Position numbers and translations under genes: made by a program. A stretch of DNA of 64,000 bases from the NCBI RefSeq assembly GCF_004010195.1, contig NC_057718.1, positions 79,888,944 to 79,952,943 of the forward strand, given 5' to 3'. This DNA comes from Chiloscyllium plagiosum (taxonomy: Eukaryota). Below the pieces are notes generated by a model. It did not search any database and was not told the DNA's origin. It saw only the letters and a list, made by a program, of their open reading frames with translations. Of the stretch, positions 23,669 to 35,897 are shown piece by piece. Every line of letters starts with the position of its first letter. Positions within the stretch are counted from its first letter, which is position 1.

Positions 23669-23952
23669 AAATGCTATTTATAAAACTGGCATGTAGAACA
23701 TCCGTATAGAAAGAAAATAGTTAAAGCTGACAGTGGGTTTGATTTTCACTATTATGGTGGGTAGATCAAGTTGGGAGATTTCCAACTCACTGGATGTGCC
23801 TCGGTAGCAAGTCTCGCACAAGCTATGATCTTCTCTCCAGCGACATGGACAAAAGCTTGGCTGACCTATCCTGGAAACAGAGTGCAGGTGACAATGAAAG
23901 CAGACTTCCTCAGTTCACTCGCACTTTGCCCCTGTTGTATTGAAAGATGTGA

Positions 23953-24056
23953 CTGGGTGGGTTACTCTTCGGAGGGTCAGTGTGGACTTGTTGGGCTGAA
24001 GGGCCTGTTTCCACACTGTAGGGAATCTGATCTAATCTAATCAAATCTAACCTAAT
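23953..24056 (+). mobile_element. HE1 SINE 3' fragment
   Basis: CTTCGGAGGGTCAGTGTGGACTTGTTGGGC..TTTCCACACTGTAG followed by (TCTAA)n. Confidence 0.85.
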
Positions 24057-26149
24057 GTTAGGCCATCTTGCCCTCACCCCTCAACTATTTCCAATGCCAC
24101 ATCTATGTCCTCGATATCAAATTGCAAACTCTCAATCACCCCATGCCTCCCAATATCCTCTATGCCAGTTGATGCCAATTTATTGCTTGTTCAGCACCTA
24201 GTATACTTGAGGTACAAAACTAATCAGCCATGCAAAAATGTGCGGTATTGCCCAGAAGAAAAAACACTCAGTCGCTAATCTGCTTTTGAAAAACCTATGG
24301 TTTTTACAATGCTATAAAAGTGTTAAGCACTTAGACCTTTAAAGCATTATTAACAGGGGGATAATGAAGTTTTGAATGCAGAATGTGGATCCTTTTTAGT
24401 GTAGACACAGAATTTTCATGGGAAATCGAACTCTAAGGTTTTCATGCAAGGTCAAAACTTGAAGCCTTGACTATTGAATCACTCATTTTGTTGGTGATAT
24501 TAGTGACAGTGCAATGATTGTGCTATGTATATTTTTTTGTCCCAACCTACATTTATTGAAGCACTCAAAGTGCTCCAAAAAGATTTACATTATTGGAGTT
24601 GCATATTTGCTGGAATTTGCAGGGTTAAATGGTTTGGCAATTTTGGGTTGGCTTCAATTCCATCAAACATTTTCCATGATTTTATCTTTGAGTGTGTGTT
24701 GTCATTTCTACTTTCTCAATTACAGAAAGGACATTTATTTTATGACCTGATCACAATTATCACAAACAATTATGTCTGTGAGCAGGCCATTTTGTGTGTA
24801 GTAAAGTTCATAAACATTGGTATATGAATCTAATCTTTGATATTGTTTGCTGAAGAACTAATTTAGGATAGGGCATCCTTTTCTTCTCTGATTGAGCACA
24901 AAAGCTCCTGTCTTAATGCCCTAAACAATAAATGCATCATGAAAAATTTAACACTTTTTCTCACCACTATATTGAAATGGCAACCTCAATTTTATTTCAA
25001 GGTCTTGATAAGGCTTGAACCCACTGCCTTTTGGTCTTAGAAACAACAAAACTGAGTTGACATTGTACTAATTGAATGTAAGATATAAATAGAGAAACCA
25101 GAATCAATGTTATGAGGAAATATCAAGTCAAAATATTTCAGTGAGCATGCAAAGGTCACATTTGACAGTACCAGAAAATGATTATATCATGACCTTTGAT
25201 GTTGACAGTGTCATTGATCGACATCTTGACAAGGTTTTGCCAAGTCTAAAAGCAGGGCTAAAGCCAGGGAAGGAAACCGACTCTCTTAATATGGGTAACT
25301 CTTGTTAGTTGCACCAACGAAGAACAAAATGAGTTGACCATTGGAAGAAATATGAAGATCAAAGTGTTTTCACACTGGAGAAAAAGGTTCAGGGAGATGA
25401 AGTACAACATTGTGACTTCTCTAAAGTCTTAATGACTAACTTTCTTCATTGATATTCTGTAGTTTATCCGTAGATGTTACTAGCTACCAAACATATTAAA
25501 TGAAGGATGTGGAGCATATCAGCTTAACCACAGTACTGCAAATGTTTATCATTTTGAATTAGTGTTGCACAGATTTCAATAATTGACAGCCATAAAGTTG
25601 CACATTTTACTGCCAGGGCTTGCCTATTAGGCCGGTGGGCATGAAATGAAGGATGGTAGTGGAGGCCTACCATGGGTTTCCACATGCACACTGACTACTG
25701 TTTACTTGCTGTGTGGTGAATGATGCATTACTGAGTTAGAATGGCTTACAGAGGTATGATTTCTTGTGTGTGCCCCAAGACTTCCAATGGGTTTTATCAT
25801 GATACCAGTCAGCCAAATTTGGTCAATACACATGTAGGTTACGTCTGTATTTGCCATTCCTGAAACAAGGTTGGTGTTTTCTAGGACTATATAAATAGTC
25901 GGAGGTGAAGTGTTTAGGTTTACTTTTGGTAAGTTAGAGTTTGTGGAAGCACTATTTTGAATTGCTTAAGAAACTTGCAGATATTTGTTTCACACAGTCA
26001 GCAAGGCAAAAACAGTCCCTTACAAAGATGTGGGTGCAGCACTACCTCACCTGCAACGTAACATGAAGACGAAGAGAAATAGAACAGAAACTTTGTGAGG
26101 GGTGAGAAGAAGCAGGACTCTTCATAGAAGGTTCTAGCAACATGGGCTT

Positions 26150-26975
26150 TTTGGGAGCCTTATTTCTGCTTAATTACAAGTCTGACCAATATCAGAAGAG
26201 GCTCCACTTTAATAAAGAGGTCACCATAGAGTGTGTCACCTCTTTCGCACTGACTCAAAGCCAGAGTGCGGACAGCCCTAGTAGTGGCCATGAAGATCAC
26301 TGCCATGTAAAGATTTCTACATCAGTGATACTTTCCTAAAGGGAACAGCATATACCATAATACCAGGCCATTTTTACACATATAAGAGAGGTCACAGAGG
26401 CACTGTATATGGGAGAGAAAGGGACTTTGTCCTTTTCTGCTAGAGGACGGGAAACTAGGACAAAAAAACACTTGGGTTCATGAGTATAGTAAACTTCCCG
26501 GCAGTGTAGGGTGTCATTGATTGCATGTATGTTGCTCTGAGGACATCCATTTCAAAAGGGGAGAGATTCAGGAATTGCTGAGGCTACCTATCTCTGACCA
26601 GCTGGTGTTTCACCACACTCTGAATTTCACCTTGATGAATGCTTGCTATATTGGCAGTAGCCTTGTTAGTTATTTTGTATGCAGCCACATACAAACTGCC
26701 TTCAAGCCTCCAAAACGCACAGGAGGGTGAATGCTTAATGACAAAGGCGACCCCTCTACTTGTGGCTGATGATTCCTCTTGCAAACCCAGCATATGCAGT
26801 TATCAGGCCCTCCGTAAGAAGGATGGAGTAACCCACAAAACCATGGAGCAAGTAATCAGTCTCCTTAAGCAACAGCATCACCTCCCAGATTGCGCTGGGA
26901 GGAGCTCTACAAAATACACCTGAGACTGTATCAATGCTTACGATGATATGCTGCATTCTATATAGCCTTGCCAGC
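26150..26975 (+). pseudogene. PIF/Harbinger transposase fossil
   Basis: QYQKRLHFNKEV..RTALVVAMKITA..IREVTEALY..NFPAV*GVIDCMYVALR..QLVFHH..MLNDKG..WLMIPLANP..KTMEQVISLLKQ..GALQNTPETVSMLTMICCILYSLA. Confidence 0.88.
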
Positions 26976-28420
26976 CTGAGGGCTCAGTAACTATCTTTTG
27001 AGATCTGGAGGCCAGCAACACATCAACAACACAAAATAAATTATGCACCCTTTTACAATCCCTTAGTGTGTGGGTGTCATATAGGTACCCTTTCCTGGTT
27101 TAGTGCTCCTGCACAGTGGCACCCATTGGCTGAATCATAACTGGTGGAAGATTGCTGACCTTGTCTGGAGAAGACTGCAGTATGCCTTCGACCAGCTATG
27201 GGCCGTGAATGTTCTAACTTAGCATGGATGATAAGTGTTTGGGTTTAGAGTCATCAGTAAGCCCACACTGGGAGAGTGGAAGTGAATGGAGCATGAATAT
27301 GTTTATCCTAAGAGACAGCAGCAAAGTTTGTGCTCCATACTGCCAATCCCATAGGCCAGATCCCAACAATTCTAGTAATTAGCTCATGCACAGACTGCAT
27401 GACTGTGAGAACTGAGAGCCCCATTAGGCATCGACTGTGACAGCTATCTGTGCCAGATGTCAGAGTCTGAGTCTTCATGCCATCTTCCACTTGCAGTAGT
27501 GAGATTTCAGGTGAGGTGTGCAATAATGGACCGTGAGACAGCAATCAGCAGGTGATACATCACAGATCAGAGTAGGCATTGTGCCATAGTGCGTCCCATA
27601 ATGTTCACAGTGGAAAGCTGAATTCCAATTCCAGCCAAATGAAAGAAGGAACCATTCAATCAGGAATCCCACCACAGCAAGTCAGGGGTAGCCTCCAATA
27701 TCAGTCCAAGGGTTTAAGGTATGGTCAATTAGCCAATAGGAGCAGTGAGCTTGCAGTGCAGAGAGCATACAGGTTTAGTGGTCTCAGGGAGAGTTGGGGG
27801 GGGGACTAAGGGTGGGTGACAGTAAGTGAGGAAAATTGTTATAGACCATTGTGAGATCTGTTAGGCATGAGCTTTGGAGGGAGATGGGTTCAGTAGCAGA
27901 GATGGAATAAGATTGAGGTATCAGAAAGAAGATGGTGGAACTTGTGCAGCGGAATAGAAAAGGTCATTGACCTTCTACCTATAATGCCGTGCATTCCTTC
28001 TGATTGACAATTGGGAAGTTGATATTTCCTAGCAAGGATTTCACCATGACACTTGAGTAAAGCATACAAGATGTCGGGAGATGATCCAGGTCTTGAGATG
28101 AGCCTTACTGCACACCTTTCCCAATTCTACTGCCCATTTCATTGTAATCCGTGTCACCCAGAGCCTGAAAACATTCTGCACATTGTGGCATTGTGGTTGG
28201 CTATGTCTGTCCTTGCTGAATGGGTTTCTGGATTTGTAAATAGTTGTGTGCATGCAGGCAGCAAGACTGGAACTTGTTTGGAGGTAAAGTGTATTGTAAA
28301 GTTGCTAGGTGTGAGTCTTGATTGTTCCAGTCTGCTGCTTGGTTAGTAACAGGGGTATGGTCCATGGAACAGCATGAGAAGTATACAGTATGATAGGTGT
28401 GAGATGTGATATGCTGATGC

Positions 28421-28600
28421 ACTCACTCAAGTTGACCACATGAGTGAGATCATTAAAGATTTTTCTACATTGCTGCCATGCCCTCTGTATTACACTTAAG
28501 GCATAAATCCCTTCTGAGGCTCTGCCTTGATCGCTTTCTCCCCATCAGAACAAATACAGCATCTTTCAAAGATTCCACTGCCTTAATTCTGGGCAGGAAT
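28421..28600 (-). pseudogene. Harbinger Myb/SANT-like partner gene remnant, convergent with the transposase
   Basis: Minus strand QRAWQQCRKIFNDLTHVVN (28487-28431), followed closely by a GTGAGT donor (28426-28421). Confidence 0.7.
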
Positions 28601-29759
28601 CAGGAAGTGAAGTTGCTGGCATACCATTTCCCCTAACTCATTGTTCTGAAATGGCTTTGATATGCCTTATCGGTTATCATTATAGTAGGAATTAGAACAG
28701 GTTATCCTTGGTCTTGGTCAATAGAGACTGCCAGAAGTGAGGTTGTTAATAAAATAACCTTACATTAAACATTCTTTAAACTATTTACAGAATTTGGTTA
28801 GCAGGTTGCTTAAAACAAAATCATTACTCTCAAGAGTCTCTTGTCATTTGATATCTTATATAACCAATGATGTATACTGACCATTTATATATTCAGCAGT
28901 AACCCCTTACATGACAATTTCAGTCCATTTGCCTAAATTTCCTTTTATAGTGACAGCAACTACAAAGAGGAAAGACAGACTGGAGCATGATTTGCTTATA
29001 AAGTTGTTGACGAAGGTTATTTACATTGCTAAAAGGAGGATTGTAGTGTTGAATGGACTTGGAGCGATGCAACAATCATGAAAATGAGGTGAATTCATCA
29101 GTTTCATGAATGGTGATGCCAGAGTTCAAAAGTTGTGACAGGTTATTTCTAGTCATGTTTGTTTTGGTACACTTATTTTTATTTGAGCATATACAATTAT
29201 GATGCATGCAAATACAGTAAGCAAAATATTCCAGATCTATATTTTATCTAATGAAGATGATTATTATAACTGACTTGCGTTTGTAGCCCTTGCAAATTAA
29301 CTGTCCTTTTTAATCCACAAATTTTATTGTGCTCTGTGGAAGGTTCTATTTACTTCAGTATGACAAAACAAAACAATCAATGGTAATATAGCTTTTTAAC
29401 TTTCTGTATTCTGATTTATTTGTTGAAATGTGAATCTTGAAACATCGAAATGTTGAAACTTGATATAAGTTTTGTGGTTAAGAATAAAGCTCCAAAGTTT
29501 GAACAGACCCTGAAAATAGGATTGGAAATTGCAATACCTCCTGCTGCCTGCTAATTACCATGATTACAGTGAGAAACCTGTACTAATAGCACTGTTGAGT
29601 AACTGTTCATCTCTGTTGGGGTTTCCGAAAATTGTGAAAGGTTTGCACTAGTTAAAACAAGCCTATATTACTTAAAACAAACCGGATAACTTAAAAAAAA
29701 AGAGTTCTGATTGGGATCGGTGTTGGAATTCAATCTATAATGCTGCTGACCTAAGGAAG

Positions 29760-30600
29760 ACATGAGACTGGTGCAACATGAGAGAGAGAATGAGCTTCAA
29801 AATTTCAATGGTGTATTAATCCTTAGTCAAGTAGGTACAATTCAATAATACAGTTCATCCTCAGGAAGTTTAATGATCTCATCCAAGTGCCAAGGTGAGT
29901 AGAGTTGTCTTTAAATGTGATATTCCACAGTTGCATCGTGGGCCTCACAAACTGCAAAATGTATCATCAGTCTTGCTCATCTACCAACAAGATTCGTACA
30001 TAATATGTTTATAGGTTCAGTTCAACTGCACATACTCACACTACACATCAACACTTATTGATATACTTCCTTTGCTCTAACTGGTGAGGCACAGACATAG
30101 CTGCACATCTTTACCTCCATGGAAAAGCGAGTGCTCACCATTGTTTAAGTGGCAATACAGTGACATAGAAGATGACAATAATCTCATAACTAATCTTCCT
30201 CCTCACATCCTGCTTCTTCATCCCATAACTGCCTTTAATATAGATGCTAAAGCTCTTACTTTCACCCACTCTACGCCGTGTGCTCTCACCGCACCTTCCT
30301 TTGCATTGTTCTTATTTCAGTAAAACATGGTCAAACATGGTGGAACAGGATGAAGTAGAATACCAAGAAGTCAGCGATAATGAGGAAACACTATCACTCA
30401 TTCTCACACTTGCAGTCGGCAGCAGAGATACTGACACTTCAAATATTTAAGAAGATAGCTTAGAGGCAGGATATATGCACAAATGACCTGCAAACAAGGG
30501 AAAAGTATGGCACAGCTGTCAGCTCTCTGAAAGGCAATGTCGTGTCTAAGTGTTGCTGCAGAGAATTTAATTGAGGATCTTGATGGACCAGGCTATGGAG
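29760..30600 (+). pseudogene. Another Harbinger-type Myb/SANT gene remnant with an acidic downstream exon
   Basis: RKFNDLIQV then AG|GTGAGT (~29863-29900); acceptor TTCTTATTTCAG (30320) then EQDEVEYQEVSDNEETLSLILTLAVGSRDTDT. Confidence 0.55.
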
Positions 30601-30671
30601 GAAAGTAAATGAGCTGTGATAACGTGTTATCTAAAATATTCATTTATAATGAATTGATTGGACAGTTAATT

Positions 30672-31483
30672 CAGAGGAACCTCAATTATCTGAATATCAA
30701 TTATCCAAATTTCAGATTATCCGAAGACGATCTCAATGCCCCGGTAGAAACATTACATCAAAGAAGTGTTTCAACACTGATCGTGTCTTTTGTTTACAAT
30801 GATTAAAAATGAATTTGGCTTACTGAAGTGTTGCCAAGAGCAGTTCTGAACAATGATGGGAGCCCAGCCACTGTCACCAAATGACTGACCACCTGCCCTC
30901 TCACTCTCCCCACACTTTCTCTGCAGTTCAACATGAGTGTACCCTGAACACCTCCTTCCCCAGATAATCTCTCTGATATTGTCCTGTACAGGGCAAAGGT
31001 GGAACTTGTCAAAAGGTTACAGTAAAAAGTTGTGTGTGCGCGCTATTTCAAGACTCACCCCCAAAGGCAGCAGCTGTTGGTGTTGGTGTCCAGTCCAGCT
31101 GTCCTGGGGAAGGGGGGACCAGGGTTGGGGGCTGATGGGAGTGGGTATCAGGGCAGATGGGGCATGGGTGGGGCAGTGCTGGTGCCCAGTCTCCTGAACA
31201 GGGAGCGGACATAGCAAGTGCTCACTGTGTCAATCCCAGTGAACTGATAGGGGGGCAGTGGGAGGCTTCAGCAATGCTGCAGGTCCCTTACACACAAGTG
31301 TGTGTCTGCTCAGAAACAAACTCTGTGACAGAGAGAGGGAGCAAGGCAGGCAGAGCAAGAAAAAAGGAAACTTCAGGAAGCTCCGAGCCCCAGAGGGGAG
31401 CCATTGCATTAATTAACCAAATACTCAATTATTCGAATGAAGTAGTGCCCAACCAATTCATTCAGATAATTGAGGTTCCTTTG
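30672..31483. mobile_element. Tc1/mariner-Tigger(pogo)-like non-autonomous element, long form
   Basis: TIRs CAGAGGAACCTCAATTATCTGAAT ... ATTCAGATAATTGAGGTTCCTTTG, with subterminal ATTATCC repeats. Confidence 0.8.
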
Positions 31484-31487
31484 TTCA

Positions 31488-32453
31488 TAAACAGTCAATG
31501 GGAATTAGATGAACAAATATGGGGAGATTGGGGAGATCTGCAGGAGCAATAGGGTTGTCATAGTAGAGGATATTAATTTTCCTAACTTGACTGGGACTGC
31601 CGGAGCATTAAACTTTAGATGGGGGTGGAATTTGTTAAGTGTGTTCAGGAAAGTTTCCTCAGCAGTATACAGAAGAACCTCAATTATACGGCATTCAATT
31701 ATCCAGTATTCAATTAACCGAACAAAATACTCCCCACCTGTGTCCTTTGGATAATCGAGGTTCCTCTGTATACAGGTTCCTACTCAGGAAGGGACAAAAT
31801 TCAACCTACTCTTGGGAAATATGACAGGACAGGTGATGGAGGTGACAGTAGGGGAGCACTTTGGGACCTGTGACCATAGCTCTATTAATTTTAAAATAGT
31901 TATGGAGCAGGACAAACTGGTCCACAGGTTCAAGTTCTAAATTGGGGCAAGGCAAATTTTGATGGAATTATACAGGAGCTTGTACAAGTTGATTGGAGTA
32001 GTTTGTTTGCAGGCAAAGGGACCTCCGGCAAGTGGGAGGCCTTATAAGTGTCATAGCTAGAATTCAAGGTCTACATGTTCCTGTGAGGGTGAAGGGCAAG
32101 GTTGGCAGGAGTAGGGAATATTTGATGACAAGAGATATTGATGCTTTGACCAGAAAAAAAGAAGGAGGCATGGCTCAGGTACAGGCAGCCAGGGTCAAGG
32201 GAATTCCTGGAGGTATGCAGGGGATATAGGAGTTTGCTGAAGAAGGAAATCAGGACAGTGAAAAGGGGGCACGAGATAGCTTTGGCTGAAAAGATTAGGG
32301 TGAATCCAAAGTGATTCTTTAAGTATATTAAAGGAAAAAGAATAACTAGAGAGAGAACACGACCCCTCAAGGACCAAAGAGGACATGTGTACGTGTGGAA
32401 CCGCAGGAGATGAGCAAGGTCCTTAATGAATATTTCACCTCTGTGTTTACCAT
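31488..32453 (+). mobile_element. CR1 ORF2 internal fragment (APE end and linker)
   Basis: ICRSNRVVIVEDINFPN..VGEHFGTCDHSSINF..LAEKIRVNPK*FFKYIKGK. Confidence 0.85.
31670..31768. mobile_element. Tigger-like MITE (99 bp) with TA TSD, nested in CR1
   Basis: TA|CAGAAGAACCTCAATTAT...ATAATCGAGGTTCCTCTG|TA. Confidence 0.85.
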
Positions 32454-32954
32454 GCTCCAGTATACTCTGGGTAGGCTGCACAGCAGAGTCATCAGCCACA
32501 TGGTTAGAGGATAGCCTTTGATGTCTCATTTTGGTTTAATGTGGTGGTTCAAATACATTTGGCAAAGAGGTCAGCCACAGAATGAAGTCATGATAACTGT
32601 TGCTAGGATACAGAACATTGACATGCACGATTTACTGCTTACAGTCATGCACCAGCTGGATCTTGAGACAATATAACTCCTTTCAAGTTTGTTACTCCAT
32701 GAGTTGATATTCCCACACGTGACATATGAGCAGTCAGCAGCAGCCTGCAGCATGGGCAAGCCTGTAATTTGCAAAATGCCACAAGCTCCTTAGCCTGTTT
32801 GCTCTCTGACGCAAAGAATAAAATGTAGACTGTTCTCTTTGAACAAAAGCGCATCAATTATCTCCCTTATACAAGAGAACAGGAAGCTGGAAAGTGTTCC
32901 AAATATCTCTAGCTGTAGCCTTAAGGATGCATGGCCACAGTCAACACCACAGCC

Positions 32955-33058
32955 ACTGAGAATGAAACACTTTTCATGCTCTGAGTTAGTAATTGTTGCT
33001 ATCGCAACTGAGAATGAAACACTTTTCATGCTCTGAGTTAGTAATTGTTGCTATTGCA
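32955..33058. repeat. 2 x 52-bp tandem duplication
   Basis: ACTGAGAATGAAACACTTTTCATGCTCTGAGTTAGTAATTGTTGCTATYGCA twice, with one CpG-type mismatch. Confidence 0.95.
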
Positions 33059-33121
33059 CGTGGAAATTTTCAGAAAGCACATTCTCTGTGAAGTGCAGAC
33101 ATCTGACACACTCCTCCTTAC

Positions 33122-33915
33122 AGTCATAGAGTCATAGAGATGTACAGCACAGAAACAGACCCTTCAGTCCAACTTGTCCATGCTGACCAGATAACCCAAT
33201 CTAATCTAGTTCCCACCTGCCAGCACCTGGCCCATATCCCTCCAAACTCTTCCTATTCATATACCCATCCAGATGCCTTTTAAATGTTGCAATTGTACCA
33301 CCCTCCACCACTTCCTCTGGCAGGTCATAACATACACGTACCACAATCTGTGTGAAAAAGTTGCCCCTTAGGTCTCTTTTGTAACTTTCCCCTCTCACCC
33401 TAAACCTATGCCCTCTAGTTCTATACTCCTCCACCCCAGGTAAAAAAACCTTGTCTATTTACCCTATCCGTGCCCCTCGTGGTTTTATAAACCTCTATAA
33501 GGTCATCCTTCAGCCTCCAACACTCCAGGGAAAACAGCCCCAGCCTATTCAGCCTCACCCTATAGCTCAAATCCTCCAACCCTGGCAACATCCTTGTAAA
33601 TCTTTTCTGAACCCTTTCAGGTTTCACAACATTCTTCCGATTGCAAGTAATATTCCAACAGTGGCCTAACCAATGTCCTGTACAGCTGCAACATGACCTC
33701 CCAATTCCGGTACTCAGTACTCTGACCAGTAAAGGAAAGCATACCAAACGCCTTCTTCACTATCCTATCTACCTGCAACTCTACTTTCAAGGAGCTATGA
33801 ATCTGTACTCCAAGGTCTCTTTGCTCAGCCACACTCCCGAGGACTTGACCATTAAGTGTATAAGTTCTGCTAAGATTTGCTTTCCCAAAATGCAGCAGCT
33901 TGCATGCCTTAATTA
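33122..33915 (-). mobile_element. HER1/CR1 LINE 3' fragment
   Basis: ORFs 33617-33832, 33421-33747 and 33201-33434 (QRDLGVQIHSSLKV..ERVQKRFTRMLPGL..TFKRHLDGYM). Confidence 0.93.
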
Positions 33916-34789
33916 AGTTCAGATAAGAACTCCTTGAGCATACACAGCTTCCTGCAGACAGGCCTTTCTACCCTTTGTCTGTATACCTCTTGTAAAAATT
34001 TATCCGAGCCTGTGTGCATTCCCCTTCACATGCTGTGATCTGAAGCAAATGCATCCTCACATGGTGAAGAGTAATTGGTTTGTGTAGAAACATTGGATGC
34101 AGGACCAACTCTGTCATTGTCATACCCTATGAATTTCAGTGACTTTAAGGAACGCTGGAAAGCACCAAAGCCTTATACATCAAAAGCAAGAACAAGAGGA
34201 AATCAATCAGCCAAATAGCCTGAAAGTATTTGACGTTTAAATGGTGCTGGTAATGGTGGTGGTAACCAGAGGAGGTGGTTCTTTCTTCTGCTGAATTGTG
34301 TTCAGCCATAAACGTTTAAATAGATGTCATTAGCTGGAGCTCCAGTATGGCCAAGCTGATGTCAAATCAATGTTAAGTGTTTATTGAAGTCTTTCAATTG
34401 ATTACCATTTCTTCATAAACTACAACTGATGTCCTGCCAAACAAAGCAATCCAGGAGGAGGTGATTTTTTAATCCCTTAGATGAGAGATATTGACAGTTA
34501 TATCAATTTAAGAGGCCTCCAGGCATTTGAATACATTTGGATTATTACAGTAGAGATCCCAAGCAAGGCTTTCGATAGTTTGAAGGTAGTTTGAATACTT
34601 ATCAGGAAAAATACTCTCATGCATCTCATTGCTTACAAAAACTAATCAATGTCAAGGCCAAATGGCCTTTGTAAGACAGAGGCATATGACAAATCAAATC
34701 TAACTTACAATGTAGCATTTAAATTTTGAAACTGAATGAACTTTTTTTTGTAGTTCAAGGCCTGTCAATAAAAGAGTTCTAGCATCATC

Positions 34790-35890
34790 TGGCAAGCTTT
34801 CTCTAAACTGCTCCTAATGTGATAACATATTTACGTAAGCAAGGCAAAAAACACTACACAGTACTCTAGACGTGGTCTCATTATTGCCCTGGATAACTGA
34901 AGCACAACATCACTCCTGTTGTATTTAATTCTCCTCAGAAAAATTATATCTTTCTACTAGCTTGCATATTAACTTATTGTGATACATGCACTAGGACACC
35001 AAGATCTCTCTGCATGTCAAAGCTCTTTAATTCCTTGCTTTAATCCCTTAGATAGTATGTTTCTTTTTTATTCTTTGAAATCAGGAAGTTTGGCAACTAT
35101 GCCTTCCATTCTTTCTTCCAAGTCATTTATATAAATTATGAACAGTTGAGGTCCGATCACTGATCCTGTGGCACACCACTCATTAAATCTTGCCAAATAC
35201 ATCTGAATAGTACATCCCTGCTTTTTGCTTCTTATTAACCAGCCAATTTATCCATGCCAAAATCTACCCCCTTTAACATTAGCATTTATTTTCAGCAATG
35301 ATCTCCTATTTGGCACTTTATCAAATGTCATCTAGAAATCTAAGTATGGTAGAGCCATCAGTTCCTCTTTATCCACAGCACATGTTACCTCCTCAAATAA
35401 TTCCAATAGAGTTTTCATTTTGGCTGGATAGATGACAACAGGTTGGTCTAACCTGGTTTCCCCTTCACAAAACTATGTTGACTCTGCCTGATTACCTCGA
35501 ACTTATCAAAGTACCTTATTTAATAATAACCTCTAATAACTTCCTGATGACAGATGTTGAAGTAACTGGCCTGTTATGTCTTGCATCTTGTCTCCCTCCC
35601 TTTTTGAATAAAGAAGTTATAATTTCTATTTTCAAATATAATGGGAACATTTCCAAATCCAGGGCGTTTTGGAAAATTAAACCCACTACCAACTTCTTTT
35701 AAGACCTTAGAATGAAGCCCAGACACTTCTTAATCCAAAGATCCAACAATTTACTCAGTATCACTTATTGGTAATTGTGATGAACCGAAATCTCCCCCTG
35801 CATTCCATTTCCTAATTTATTGTTGCTTTAGGAATGTTACTTATATCATCTGTATGAAAACTAATATACATATTTGGTTCAATTCCTCTG
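34790..35890 (-). mobile_element. Old CR1 RT fragment
   Basis: Minus-strand remnants ..HNRPVTSTS.., ..DF*MTFDKVP.., SGVPQDQ, IYINDL. Confidence 0.65.
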
Positions 35891-35897
35891 CCATTTG

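Noticed and set aside
32955..33058. CRISPR-like repeat
   Set aside because: Two adjacent copies with no spacer, in vertebrate DNA with no cas genes.
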